Assembly: GCF_001194135.2 (NCBI RefSeq)
Contig: NC_068984.1
Coordinates: forward strand, 114,241,322 to 114,305,321
DNA length: 64,000 bases
Direction: 5' to 3'
From: Octopus bimaculoides
Lineage: Eukaryota
In this document: one piece after another, positions 26,159-37,852 of the stretch
How the letters are laid out: every line of letters begins with the position of its first letter
Numbering within the stretch: position 1 is the first letter of the stretch
The notes under the pieces: generated by a model
Database searches by the model: none
Told to the model about the DNA's origin: nothing
Seen by the model: the letters and a program-made list of their open reading frames with translations, nothing else
Translations under genes and position numbers: made by a program

Positions 26159-28039
26159 TCCCTTTATCTGTCATATTACATACTTTTCTGAGAAGACACT
26201 AGAAACAAAAAAAGCAGTGAGCAAATAGAAAAGAAACTACTAATATGTAACACAAGACTATGCATTTCGGGGGACAGTTGGAATAAAAAAATTAACCTGT
26301 GCTTATTTCTCTAACATCAAACCCTAGCAGTATTTGAGCTTAAAACAAAGGAAGAAGACTAAAAATACAATGTATTAAGTCCAAATATGCTGCCATGTCT
26401 TCCTCTTCACATTAACTAAAATAAGCACAATGCCAAAAATTTTAGGGGAGGGGTTAGTTAACTGTATCAACTTGAGTATGATGGGTACTTTGTTTTGCCA
26501 AGGATGAAAGGCAAAGTTGACTGTTTGAACACGGAAAGGTATACAGTTTGAAGGAATATTCCATTAGGCATTTGTCATTACGATATGCTCTAACAATTCT
26601 GCCAATCTACTGCCATGAATTAACAATAACGATGACACCTACAAAAATTTAATCAAAAATGTGCTTGCTATTCATTCTATAGTAGATCAAAACAAATAGA
26701 GCTTTTTTTATAATCAAAGAATAGAAAGCTTTACTTCACTGAAACATGAAATGTATTTTAATAATATAACTAACTGAAATACAGCTTATTCACTTTAACA
26801 GGTTACTTAAGAAATCACACACACATTAGTGGATTTTATATGGTCCAACAATATTGGTTTCCTGAAGAAAGCCTACAATACCATCTATACCTTCTCATGA
26901 TGCTGGCGGGTTGGGAAATGAAACTTTTCTCCCAGATACTGCACACTGTATTTGACAGAACGACAAGAAATTATATAGAAGTGAAAAGTTTACAAATTTC
27001 TACCAGTACACAACTGAGAACAGTTTGACCTATTGCGCTGCAGTATACGCAGTAACTGCTCTAGACCTGGTTGAAAGAGATTACGAAAAGTTATCAAAAC
27101 AATGAAGGAACTTCTATGTAACTGACCAACTTAGTCACAAACCAACAGCCAAAATTTACCACAAATAACTCACTGATGTCCTAAAAAAAACAGAAAGACA
27201 TCTTGATTCAGAAAGGATTATCACATCCTGAATGTCTTTGATCATAATCTTGTTCAATCAAGGCTTTGACTGATGTGGAAACAATAGTAGAAGACAAACA
27301 CTACCACTCTGCTACTCAAGATGTCACTAGCAGAGAGCACACAGTCACAAGCCACACCCACCACAGGGTATTGACTGATGCCCAGGCAAATACTCCTTAG
27401 TTTTAGCCATCATGACCAAAGCTACACAGGAGCAGCACCAGAATGGCAAGGCATATTTCAGAAAAATTCCTTACTCATGAGTCTACATGTATTTTATATT
27501 AACTAAAATAATCACATTGTTTTTATTATTTACAACTGTATTACACATTTCTATTGAACATTTCTTTCTCTCTTCCAAGACTCAAATCCTATCCCTTATC
27601 CACGAGTCTATGTGTATTCATGGACATGCATTTATATTCACCAGTATAATCAAGTTATATGTAATTATAATATAACTGCAGTTATTACACATTATTTCAT
27701 ATATAGCCTATTGTTCTTTAAAAACTTTGCATGTTAATTCTGCACTTCACTATTGCAATGATTATAAAGAATAGCAGAAGTCAAAGTCCATAACAAATAA
27801 GGTAGTTATCACATTTAACAGAACAATTTTAACTAGATTCATAAGAAGACCACAAGAAGGAAAATAGAAAAGAGACAATACAACAGCCTCTTCTAAGATA
27901 ATTTGTTTTAAAAAGACACAAACATTGCGACTCTCTATAAATTATACTTTGATGCTATGAATATTGGGTATTTACTATACCACTGTTACAATTATTTTGA
28001 TACTTTTCCTAAAACTAAATTCTTTTAAAGCAACTTAGC

Positions 28040-28385
28040 TTTTTAATTTTATCTTTTACTTGTTCCAATCATTGTACTGTGGTCATGCTGGGACACCGTC
28101 TTGAAGGATTTTTTAATTGAAAAAATCGTCCCCAGGACTTGCATTTTTTTTTAGCCAAACCACTAAGTTACGGGAGAACATAAATTAACACCGGTTGTCA
28201 AGAAACACACGTAGATACATATACGACGAGCCTTTTTCAGTTTCCATCTACCAAATCCACTCACAAGGCTTTGGTCGGCCCAGGGCTTTAGTAGAAGATA
28301 CATGCCCAAGTTGCCACACAGTGAAACTGAACAGGGCAATCATGTGGCTGGGAAGCAAACTTCTTACCACACAGCCACGCCTGCG
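28040..28385 (-). mobile_element. CORE-type SINE with family-F tail
   Basis: Plus strand CTTTTTCAGTTTCCATCTACCAAATCCACTCACAAGGCTTTGGTCGGCCCAGGG...AAACTTCTTACCACACAGCC, preceded by the F tail. Confidence 0.8.
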
Positions 28386-29626
28386 CCTAAGGAAAAAAAA
28401 GATGTTAGCTATCCAATTTTAAATTGATCCTATTTGTTAAATTCTGAACCAACCAAATCTTTCATTTAAAACAGTTATTGATTCAAAACCAAACCATAAA
28501 TGAACATTTTTCGAAATTTAAATAAATCTAAGTTTACTTCCACATCCATTTGAAATGTTTGAAGTTGGCTTCAGTTGATTCAAAACACTCAAACTAAATT
28601 AGAGAGTTCTCAGTACACTGCATTTCATTTCGCCTTAATGAACAACCACTTTTCTATAATCAAGCATATATTAATTTAGATATTTGCCTCAATTGTCGAA
28701 AAAGCTGCTCGGTGTCCAAACAATAAGTCTACCAAAATTTGGTTCAAATATGCCAAACTTCCTGGTTTGGGATGATAATGGATAAACTGAAGTATTATTT
28801 ATAGCATCCTTAAAAATATTATATTTCACTTGCTTCCACAAGATTTTCTTTTTGTTTGGGGGTTTTTCGTTTTTTAGAAATTTTAGGTAGTTTTATGTTA
28901 ACAAAGACTAAGTATGAACAGGAAAATAAAACAGGAGCTAGATATCGCGGTTCAGTTGATTTTTACTAGCTTAATACTTAAATGTACATCACTGTTGAGA
29001 ACTATTTCTACCAAACGTGAAAAAATAAATATGTACATATACAACCCAAACCATCTGTAGCCTTTCAAATGGTACATAGGCTTGAAGACAAGAACCATTA
29101 AATGACGAAAGATATAAGAATAATAACAGTTACGTAACGTTTCAATAATCTAAAATACTCGTTACACTTTTTTTTTTATTCAGTTTACTAACCTGTAGAA
29201 GAATTCGAACAAGAGACAACCAGGACAGGTGAATATTTACTTATATTTTAATTTTAAAGACAAACCGAAACGATGTAGGAAGAAAAACAAAACATAGAAG
29301 CTATTCAGTATAACGAATGGCTTGCTAAAAGAAAATAAAACCAACACGCGCATAACAGAATTTGAAAACTGTATTTATTCAGCCCAGACGTTTTTGTTAT
29401 TTGAATAAAAGTGCATAATGGGGAAAAAGCATACAGTATGCAATAACAATAATAATAGAGAGAAAAATATAGTGAGCAATTAAAGAGTTGACAGAATGAG
29501 AAATAACTGAGACAATCACTGACCCTAAAATAAAAATTCATGGATTTCTATACAATAGCACTTAACAAGCAAATCATTAACTGAAGTAAGAGACACTTTA
29601 AAACAATGAATTTAATTCAATAGAAC

Positions 29627-29650
29627 CCAATGGCGGGAAAACGACGTCAT
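29627..29650. promoter_or_regulatory. Intronic CCAAT + E2F + CRE-like motif cluster
   Basis: CCAAT 29627-29631 overlaps TGGCGGGAAA (E2F consensus TTTCCCGCCA on minus) 29631-29640, followed by GACGTCA 29643-29649, inside the CpG-retaining domain. Confidence 0.45.
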
Positions 29651-30753
29651 ATCGCATGTTCCCCAGTGGTAAATTTCTGAAAGGAACCATTTCAGATTAT
29701 GGCTATAACAAATAAGACATCAGGGGTCGAGTGATAAGATACACGTTATCAGATATTAGAATAAATTAGGATTTGCGTAGACCAAAACACCTTGGCAAGA
29801 GGCAGGCAGGTAACAATAGTTCGTGTAAGCTTTCAAATGAAGGCAAAATAAACAACGTCTTGGATCAGCATTTCAAAAATAAATAGCGGACAAGGTTGTG
29901 TGACTGTTCTAAAATTAGTCTACGATAATTAATGGTAAAGACCAACAGTAAATAAAATAAAATACCGACAAGATAACTGTTCCCCAGCGTTAATCGTCTC
30001 TAATACTAACTAGGTCAGATCATGTGTGATTAAAAAAAAAAAAAGGAAGAAATGACAGAAAATCTTACAAACACGCAAATTAGCGACAAGTTTAAAAATA
30101 CTACATCAGAAAGACAGTTTAAAAGTAATTATAGCAATAATAGTAATAAAGGCGAATTAAAATGATTCCAAGAAACAGTTCCATTTTTATTTTAGCTAAC
30201 ACGTTCGCAATAATCGTTTTTTTTTACTACCCTAAACAGCGTGCGATACGCGCGCGCGGGCGTGTGTGTGTGTGCATTGAACGCGTATGTTTACAGAAGT
30301 GTCTGCAATATATGTCTGCACAAACGTGTGTGTGTTATATTATATAGACACACTTTCATTTTTCACCACGCTAGAAATATAGGCAAGTTGTTTCTCCTTG
30401 TGATGGAAGAGAACTGCCCATCCGTGAGACTTTTCATCACACACACACATCGATGTTAGAGTGATCAAAGCGAAAAGAGGAGGAGAAAATATAAAAAGAA
30501 AACACAGATATAAGCTCAGTCGAGAGGTAGGAGTTCATGTGGATAAATGTACACGACGAGTGCAAAGGATCGTTACTACAAATTCTTCACATTGATTTTA
30601 CAGAATATCTTCAACCATTCCTCACTGCAATATTTCAATCAACATGCATTAATATCAAACATCAGTTATTTACAACATTGCAGGTTTCAGCTGCTTAAAG
30701 AGGATGCTTTTCTTTTTCCCCCACAACAACTGTAAAACTACACACACACACGC

Positions 30754-30784
<31 letters not shown>

Positions 30785-31063
30785 TATATGTGTATATGTA
30801 TATCTATACACACACACAAATACATATAGAGGGATGGATGTATCATATATATAGATAGATGTATTACTTGCGTATGTTTGTGTGTACAGATATATGTTGT
30901 GCCAAAAAAATATATTTAAAATATGTCGCAATGTGGAAGGTGGTAAATGGCTTTTGTTTTTGTTACTAATGATGCGACTGCAACTAACTGCAGCAGGTGG
31001 ACGTGTTCGTAGTAGTGATGACATTCATATTGTTATATTTATGTACATAAATTTATTTTCTAA

Positions 31064-31101
<38 letters not shown>

Positions 31102-31123
31102 CTGAAGAAAAAATATTACTTAC

Positions 31124-32430
31124 AGAGGCATGTCTTGCATTTTCTTTTCTGTGTCGACTTCACCAAACTCGCATTCATCAGAGCTTTCACCACCAGAACT
31201 ACTCTCCGTTGCATCAGAGTCCAGAGATGATTCCATATGCCTGAGAGCAGTGTTCAATTGACATGCGACACGCTCCGACTCTTCGCATGTCGCCTTGTCC
31301 AGTTTCAGCACGCTGTTGGAGTCTATCTTGGTCGAGACGTTCTGTATCAGCCTCTGATGACCGATCGAAATCGGCTGAGATGATTGCAGTTTCCTGACTA
31401 GGTTGACCAGGGCGGCAGTGGATAAATTCCGTACGTCTTCGCTCTGCAGCAACTCTGTCTTCAGATCGGCGACGGCTACATTGCTGGGGCCGGGCGATTT
31501 GATAGATTTAGCCATACTCTGCAGGTTTTTGTGCTGTTTGTTCACAAAACCCGCTAACTGGTGCCTGATATGTTGTTCCAGCTGCCTGCCTTGGATTCGA
31601 CGTAATCGCTTCAGTAAAGTGCTCGCTTTCTTCTCTAAACTGCATTGAAACTTATCCACTTGCTGTTGGACAGTCTGCAGATCAAGGCCACCTTCAATAC
31701 TCCTTCCGGATCCACTAACAATGCTGCTCTCATTACAAGGTTTATCAATGGCGTTTGTATTCATGTTGTTTACTATTAATGATGACGTTTTCGACGAACC
31801 TTCATGAGATCGTTGTAATTTAGACGCCAAAATGGAGAGAGAATTCTTAAGGCGCTGCTGAGGATATTCACTGAAACAAACGCTAGATATATTACTATTA
31901 TTGTTATTAGTAGTAGTAGTAGTTGTAGTGGTGGTGGTGGTAGAAGTAGTGGTAATGGTAAGACTGTTTTTACTGTTAATATTATTATTCATAGCCAAAG
32001 ATCCTCGCGGTGAAAAGGAACTCTGTCGATTCATTTGATTCCTGGTATTGGTGGAATTGTTAACTCCTTCCTTTCTGGCGGCAGTAACCTCGCTCCGATG
32101 GTAGGGTTCCTTGGACAGGTTTCGAATAACTCTCAGGTGAACCAACCTACCACCACCAGCCGCGGCAACAGACGTGTTGCCGACTACTGGCTTTGCCAAA
32201 CCTCCGTTGACGTTCTGCAGATACGTTAGACCAGACAGGGCGGGTTTCACGAACCCTTTCTCCACGGGTGATCTGGCCACGGAACTGCCGAACTCTTCTT
32301 TCGCCCCAATTGTTGGTTTTTTATCCCGACCGTTGAGCAGGCTGCAATCTGTGGAAGAGGGTGGTGAAAGAGGCAGCTTAATGTGTGCTTGTGTGGCCGC
32401 TTCCGTGAGCGCTGGCGCCATAGCGGCCAT
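31124..32430 (-). CDS. KANSL1: KANSL1 (KAT8 regulatory NSL complex subunit 1), large first coding exon; 435 codons + 2 nt, phase-2 donor
   Basis: ORF 31120-32463. MAAMAPALTEAA matches the recalled human N-terminus MAAMAPALTDAA. KASTLLKRLRRIQGRQLEQHIRHQLAGFV matches [29 protein letters not shown], and DSDATESSSGGESSDE matches DSDVTDSSSGGESDIE. The exon ends ...DMPL at CT|GTAAGT (GT 31123-31122), as in human ...HVPL. ATG at 32430 chosen by homology. Confidence 0.95.
31895..31960 (-). repeat. Coding trinucleotide microsatellite encoding a poly-Thr/Asn tract in KANSL1
   Basis: Plus-strand (AGT)n/(GGT)n/(ATT)n encodes TITTTSTTTTTTTTTTTNNNNSN. Confidence 0.9.
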
Positions 32431-32583
32431 GCACCATACCCTTAGCGGCAAAGGGCTGCACATAAAAGTCCGTTATATGACCACATAAAGTGGAGTTATA
32501 CAACTGAAGAATGCACGACTGGGTTTTTCAAGACTCACTTAAGAGTCAAGAATTGAAAAAATTATATGTAGATTCATGTATTC
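32431..32583 (-). other. KANSL1: 5' UTR portion of the KANSL1 coding exon with two candidate splice acceptors
   Basis: Minus-strand acceptors ...gtgcattcttcag| (exon start 32503) and ...ggactttattgtgcag| (exon start 32583). The sequence alone does not show which is used. Confidence 0.5.
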
Positions 32584-32599
32584 CTGCACAATAAAGTCC

Positions 32600-32632
<33 letters not shown>

Positions 32633-33419
32633 GGCAAAACACTTTTCTTGTATTGGTAATCCTACAGCATTTTCATTATTATTGTATCATTCAAGTAAAA
32701 TTAAGCACGTGATTCGTGTCATTTTGCAAAATCGTGAGGCCAGATTAGCCATTCTGAATGAAAATAAGGCGGAAAGGGATCATACTCGAATCTGAAACGA
32801 ACAAAAATAAAGACATATACATACGTACAGATAAATAATTAACACACACGTTCACCATGGTACTTTACACAAATGTGTGCATACACACACACACACTTAT
32901 AGATAGATAGATATGTATATATATATGACAGGCACACACGAGGAGATTAATATACTACTTATATATGATAACGTAGAATTTCATATTTTTAACATAATAA
33001 TAGCGTAAATGAACTAAGAAGAGAAATGACGAGTGAAAAGGCTTTTAACACACACACACATTACACAAAAATAAAGAACAAATTAAAACCAGGAAAACTA
33101 CCAGCTTTTTTTTTTAAGAGATAATGCTTACTACATACGTAACAAAAGATCTTGATAGGCTGACATTTGTGGGGGTGAAGGGAAGGGATTTGGGTGGGTT
33201 TATTTTTTTTCCTTTCACATTTTTTTTTTCATCTTTTCTCTTCGTACAAATTTACAATTGAATTGAAAAAGCTTTTAGAAATTATTAAAAAAAAAAGGCT
33301 TAGCGGAATATTTCAAGAAACAAAAAATACATATATAAATTATATGTTTAAAAAGAAGAAGAAAAAAACAAACATAAAGAGCGGAATATCAAAGAAACAA
33401 ATAAATAAATAAAAATAGG

Positions 33420-34860
33420 TTTTCGCAAGTACCACGTGATTTCGCCACGTACCCTAGGTGGTTCGAGCAGGAGGTGCTGCTCGGCTAAATAACAAGCAGT
33501 TGAGTGAAAGAGAGAGAGAGCTTGGTTGTCGTAGTCGTGGCCGCCTTTCCGCCGTCTCTTTCGTCTTCGTCGTCTTCAAACAAGCACGGCAACGAACGAA
33601 CGAAAAAAAATCAAATAAACTAATCCATTCTGTTTTGGTGGACTGAAAAGAAGCAGACTTTTCTTTTCCATAAAAAGACCCCCGTGTGTTGTTCGCTTTC
33701 GTGAAGAGAAATCCTTGATGGGAGTGTGAAGAAGACGCCAGAAACTATATTGTAATGTGTTTATGTGTAGATGTATGCATATAGAAATGTATGTATAATT
33801 GTATATACATGTGTGTATAGATAATATTATATAGAACCGTGTGGTGTGTGTATGTGTGCGAGATGATTTCTTTTTTCCCACCTCCGTATGGAATTAAATG
33901 GGAGGGGGTAGTTGCTTTTTTTTTTTTTTTAGTTAAATAGATTAAAAGGCCTTTTTTCCTTTCTTTCTGTCGACAATGAAGCGATGCTGATGAGGAAGTT
34001 GGTAGGTCTTAATAAACAACTAAGTGCACAAACATCATCTCGGTTCTCGCATAAGATCAGTATTTCGTCGTCAGAACGTCACCTTCCCCCGTTTAATGAG
34101 AAGGAGGCGGTCATGGCGCCGGTGGAAAAAAGCTTGCTTTTTGCTTTATGTTATAATATAGTTCGGTCAGTCTTTCACTCTCCCTCCCTAATGTCTCTAT
34201 AGCTGTCTTCCTCTCTTTCTCTCTCTCGAGCTGTCTGTCTATCTGTCTATCACACTTCCTCGCCTTCTCTCTTCATAGAACACTACTGTCAGTGGCAGTA
34301 GTAGCAGCAGCAATAGTGTGTGTACTCCATAAAGGCATCATGGCGTCGTTCTGAGTTAAAGCAAACGAGTGAGCGAGACAGAAAGGGAGGAAGGAGGAGG
34401 AGGCCGTAAAGAAGGCCGTCATCCTAAAACCTTAAACTGCAGGATAATAATAGCTGCTCGATCATGCTATAGGACAAGTAGAGAACGAGACAGCGTTTCG
34501 ATTGGACATCAGCGATGATTCGATTGGCTAACAGCCGTGGCTCTAGCGACATTGCATTTACTTTACACACTCCCCGTTCACTTACACTCAAAGTCAATCA
34601 AACACATTAACTTAGAATCTAGATGCCGAGCAGTTTAAGTAATGAGAAAAACAAACTACAAAAATGTCCATATTTTTCCGAGCTCGATAATTCAAATTTT
34701 TATATAGATTTTGAAATGGTTCATCCTGAATCTATTATACGCATACACATGTTAAGAAGTATCGTTATTATCTGTTTTTCGACGAGGGGAGGGTGGCTTC
34801 CGCTTGTTGGATGTTACTGGAATAGTGAAAGACGGGACGAGGTATCGTTGCAATCATGGC
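33420..34860. promoter_or_regulatory. CpG-rich, probably bidirectional promoter region of KANSL1
   Basis: Two minus-strand NF-Y-type CCAATCGA boxes (plus ATTGG 34501-34505 and 34523-34527), YY1-like CATGGCG (34112-34118, 34339-34345), E-box CACGTG 33433-33438, ETS-like CTTCCG near 34797 and a pyrimidine tract on minus at ~34370-34410. Candidate minus donors are AAG|GTGACG (exon end 34083) and GTAAGT (exon end 34586). Confidence 0.7.
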
Positions 34861-34937
34861 TGACTTCAATTTTAGGTTGGCCGGTCTTGCCACTTTCGCG
34901 ATCTCATTTTATTTAATCGACAGTGCTTACAACAGAA
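34856..34937 (+). CDS. Candidate first coding exon of a divergent gene encoding a signal-peptide-like N-terminus (MADFNFRLAGLATFAISFYLIDSAYNR)
   Basis: ATG in context caatcATGG, 27 open codons with a basic n-region, a 14-residue hydrophobic core (LAGLATFAISFYLI) and a small-residue c-region. These are followed by a consensus donor A|GTAAGT (34938-34943), phase 1, which is typical of signal-peptide exons. Confidence 0.55.
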
Positions 34938-36718
34938 GTAAGTAACATGCTAAATGTGTTTGATTCCAATGTGATGAGAAACAATTTTTCAGCTGAAATT
35001 ACTTTCTATTATTTTTACACGTAACCGACTTAACTGAAAAGTATCACTTATTATTATTATTATAAGACTGACGTAAATAACGATGTATATTTCATGGTTA
35101 CAACAATAATACTTATAATAGAAGTAGTAGCAGCGGTATTCTTATATATCTATATATATATATTTGTGTGTATGACATAAATGGGTCCTGGAGTGCTCAT
35201 TTTCATAAATATAAAACTAGAGTTATTTCAAACGCAATATAAATAATAATATTATTCGAGTAGAAGAAAACACGCGGAGGCAATTAAAATAAAAAGGATT
35301 CCTAACCTGAATCAGATTTTTTTTCTTTTTGTTTTTTTTTATGGAAGCCTATATATTAATGCAATTGTCGATCCATGCGTAACTAATACTATTTAAGAAA
35401 AAGAAAAAAATAAAGAATTCAAGCGACCTTGCCGGAAATGAGATCCATATTTATTAGTCATGACTGATGCAGCAGTGCCTGCCCTGATCCACCGCTGTTG
35501 CGAACCACTCTTGACGAAGAAAGAAGCCACCAGCTCTCTCACAGGAAATGATAAAAAGTAGTTCAAAAACGACTGGAGTTGTAGTTTTTGTTCTTTCCTT
35601 TTTCCATCGACAAACAACAGCTTATCTTCATGGGAAACAAAAAAAAGGAACCTTAAGCCAACGTGTGATCGCTTCTACCTACAGTCGGCTCGACATGCTG
35701 AAAATAATAGCTAAAGTCGCATTTCAAATCACACCCTAACGTTTAAACATCCAATACGCCCTTCCTTATTTCCATTTCTTTTGTTAATGTTATCCTCCAC
35801 CTATAAACGCGATGGGATGGTCATGTTTGGAATGACTTTGCTCAATCAGAATTGACTTGGGGGCTAAGCAACAATGACCCTTACGAATAAATATGCAGAA
35901 GAAAAAGAAACTAAAAATCTTTAGACTACGAAAGATTTTGTTGGCTACTTTATTAAAAGGAAGCCTTTAAAGAGGGGGGAAATGTTACCGATAACAAGAA
36001 TACTACCCTGGAGCCCTAAATTTTAGCGCCTTTCCCTCTTTATTGATCAGCAAAAAGGAAATATATAGGAAGCTTACAAGCTTTCCCCTTTCATGGCGCT
36101 TGTAACATTATTTACGGCATTAAAATATTAAATGCAATGTACTACGATTTTAATTGAGCACCATCTTCATCTAATCTCCATTTAATGTCATCTTAATATT
36201 GTTGGATTGACCAAATAATTTCAATAATTGAAAAACAAAAAATGCTGAAGGAGAGCTAATAAACCCCATATTTTGTACATGTGTTGTACATACATGCACA
36301 TTGTATGTGTATATATATATATATACACACGCAGGTCCGTTTTCAGTTTGCATATATATATCAAGAATTTATATCCAAGTAAAATAACCTGTGTGTATTG
36401 TATGTATATACGCGTGTGTGTGGTGTGGTGTGAATATATACATATATATATATATATATATACGAATGGCTATATAAAACGACGATTTCTACCGACAGCT
36501 ATATTGCATATAGCTCTGTGTGAATATATATAGAAATCATTTTTTTTTTCTATGTTAGCATAGATAGGACTTCTTGAAGCAATGTTTTATGGCCGGATGC
36601 CCTTCCTGACACCAACCTTTTTAGTTCTTACGATACAGAAAATAATGTACGCGTGAGTGTGAAAATACATGTGTGTATGTGTATATAGATATGTAGGTAT
36701 TCTTTATATATATGTGTA

Positions 36719-36751
<33 letters not shown>

Positions 36752-36892
36752 GTGCGTGTGTGTTTATATATTTTATCTATAGTCAACCTAACTGAACAGC
36801 CTGACAAGAAAAGGCTGGCAAATGAAGCTTCACATTATATATATGGGGTTTTTCCGTCTACAAGAATTCATAATATATGAATTACGTCCAGG

Positions 36893-36960
36893 TTCAGTGC
36901 CTCCCCACACACGCACCATTGTGTTATTCAGTGCCTCCCCACACACGCACCATTGTGTTA
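36893..36960. repeat. Perfect 34-bp tandem duplication
   Basis: TTCAGTGCCTCCCCACACACGCACCATTGTGTTA x2 (36893-36926, 36927-36960). Confidence 0.95.
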
Positions 36961-37852
36961 ATCTGGAATTAATGACAAATATATTCCAAGTGCTTAAAGT
37001 TTAAAGGGGGACCCATTTTGTAATACAAAGTTAATTCTCTCACAATTAGTAAAAATTTACTTTAGTAGATATTTGTCTCAATTTCCGCCCTGATCTTTTT
37101 TTCACACACAACATTAATCTTATCTTTTCACTTAACGCTGTTCACAGGCGTGGTCGGATAAAAAGTTTTCGAGACGAAACGGGAGGGAAAAAGTAAAAGA
37201 AAAAAATAATCGATAATAATTTTTGACGATTAGATCCAAGGTTTCTGTGCGAGAATAAAAAATATATATATATTCGGTTGTAATTTGTAAATTGGAGAAG
37301 GTTTTTAACTTAACTTTTTTTAAGTAGCGATTCTCCGATATTCTAGAAGCAAAATTATTTAGTGCGTGCCGTGCGTGGGTAAAAGAAAGAAAGAATACAG
37401 CTAAAACCATGATCGATTTTGGTGTCTAAAGTGGTCAGCAGTGATTATTATATATTATTAGTATTGGCGTGTTCATTAAAGCCATTTTTAATTATCATTA
37501 AAGAAAGAGATAGAAAACGAAATGTTAATATAAGAAAATTTGCTGCTTGCTTCCTTCCAACATAGAATGTGTGTGTGTGTGTGTGTTTTTAATCATAAAA
37601 GTGGAATCTAGCCATTCAAGTCGATGAGACGTTCTATGTGGTCACTTGACCTACTAGAAATAATAGCCAAATATATCTCGCATGTTTCTATTGTCTAAAA
37701 AAAAAAGGAAAAGAATGAAAGAATAACATATTCTAGAATTCAGGAGAATGACCACCTTACCTTTTGAAATATCAATGAAAATGTTTTTTTTTAATAAATC
37801 AAGGATATAATTTCTTGAAGCATTAGACTACTTTTGGATAGATAAATAAATA

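Noticed and set aside
1-31123. Next KANSL1 exon (expected RW.WLQA.VSDLEY.I)
   Set aside because: A manual scan for the reverse-complement W-x-W-L-Q pattern found no match. The exon is probably left of the window or inside an N-gap.
31353-31380. CTGATGA followed by the hairpin CCGAT-CGAA-ATCGG inside the KANSL1 exon
   Set aside because: No GAAA follows the stem, so it is not a hammerhead; it is explained by the opposite-strand coding sequence.
34623-34916. 97-aa ORF in the promoter region
   Set aside because: It has no recognisable motif and overlaps the better-supported signal-peptide exon in another frame.
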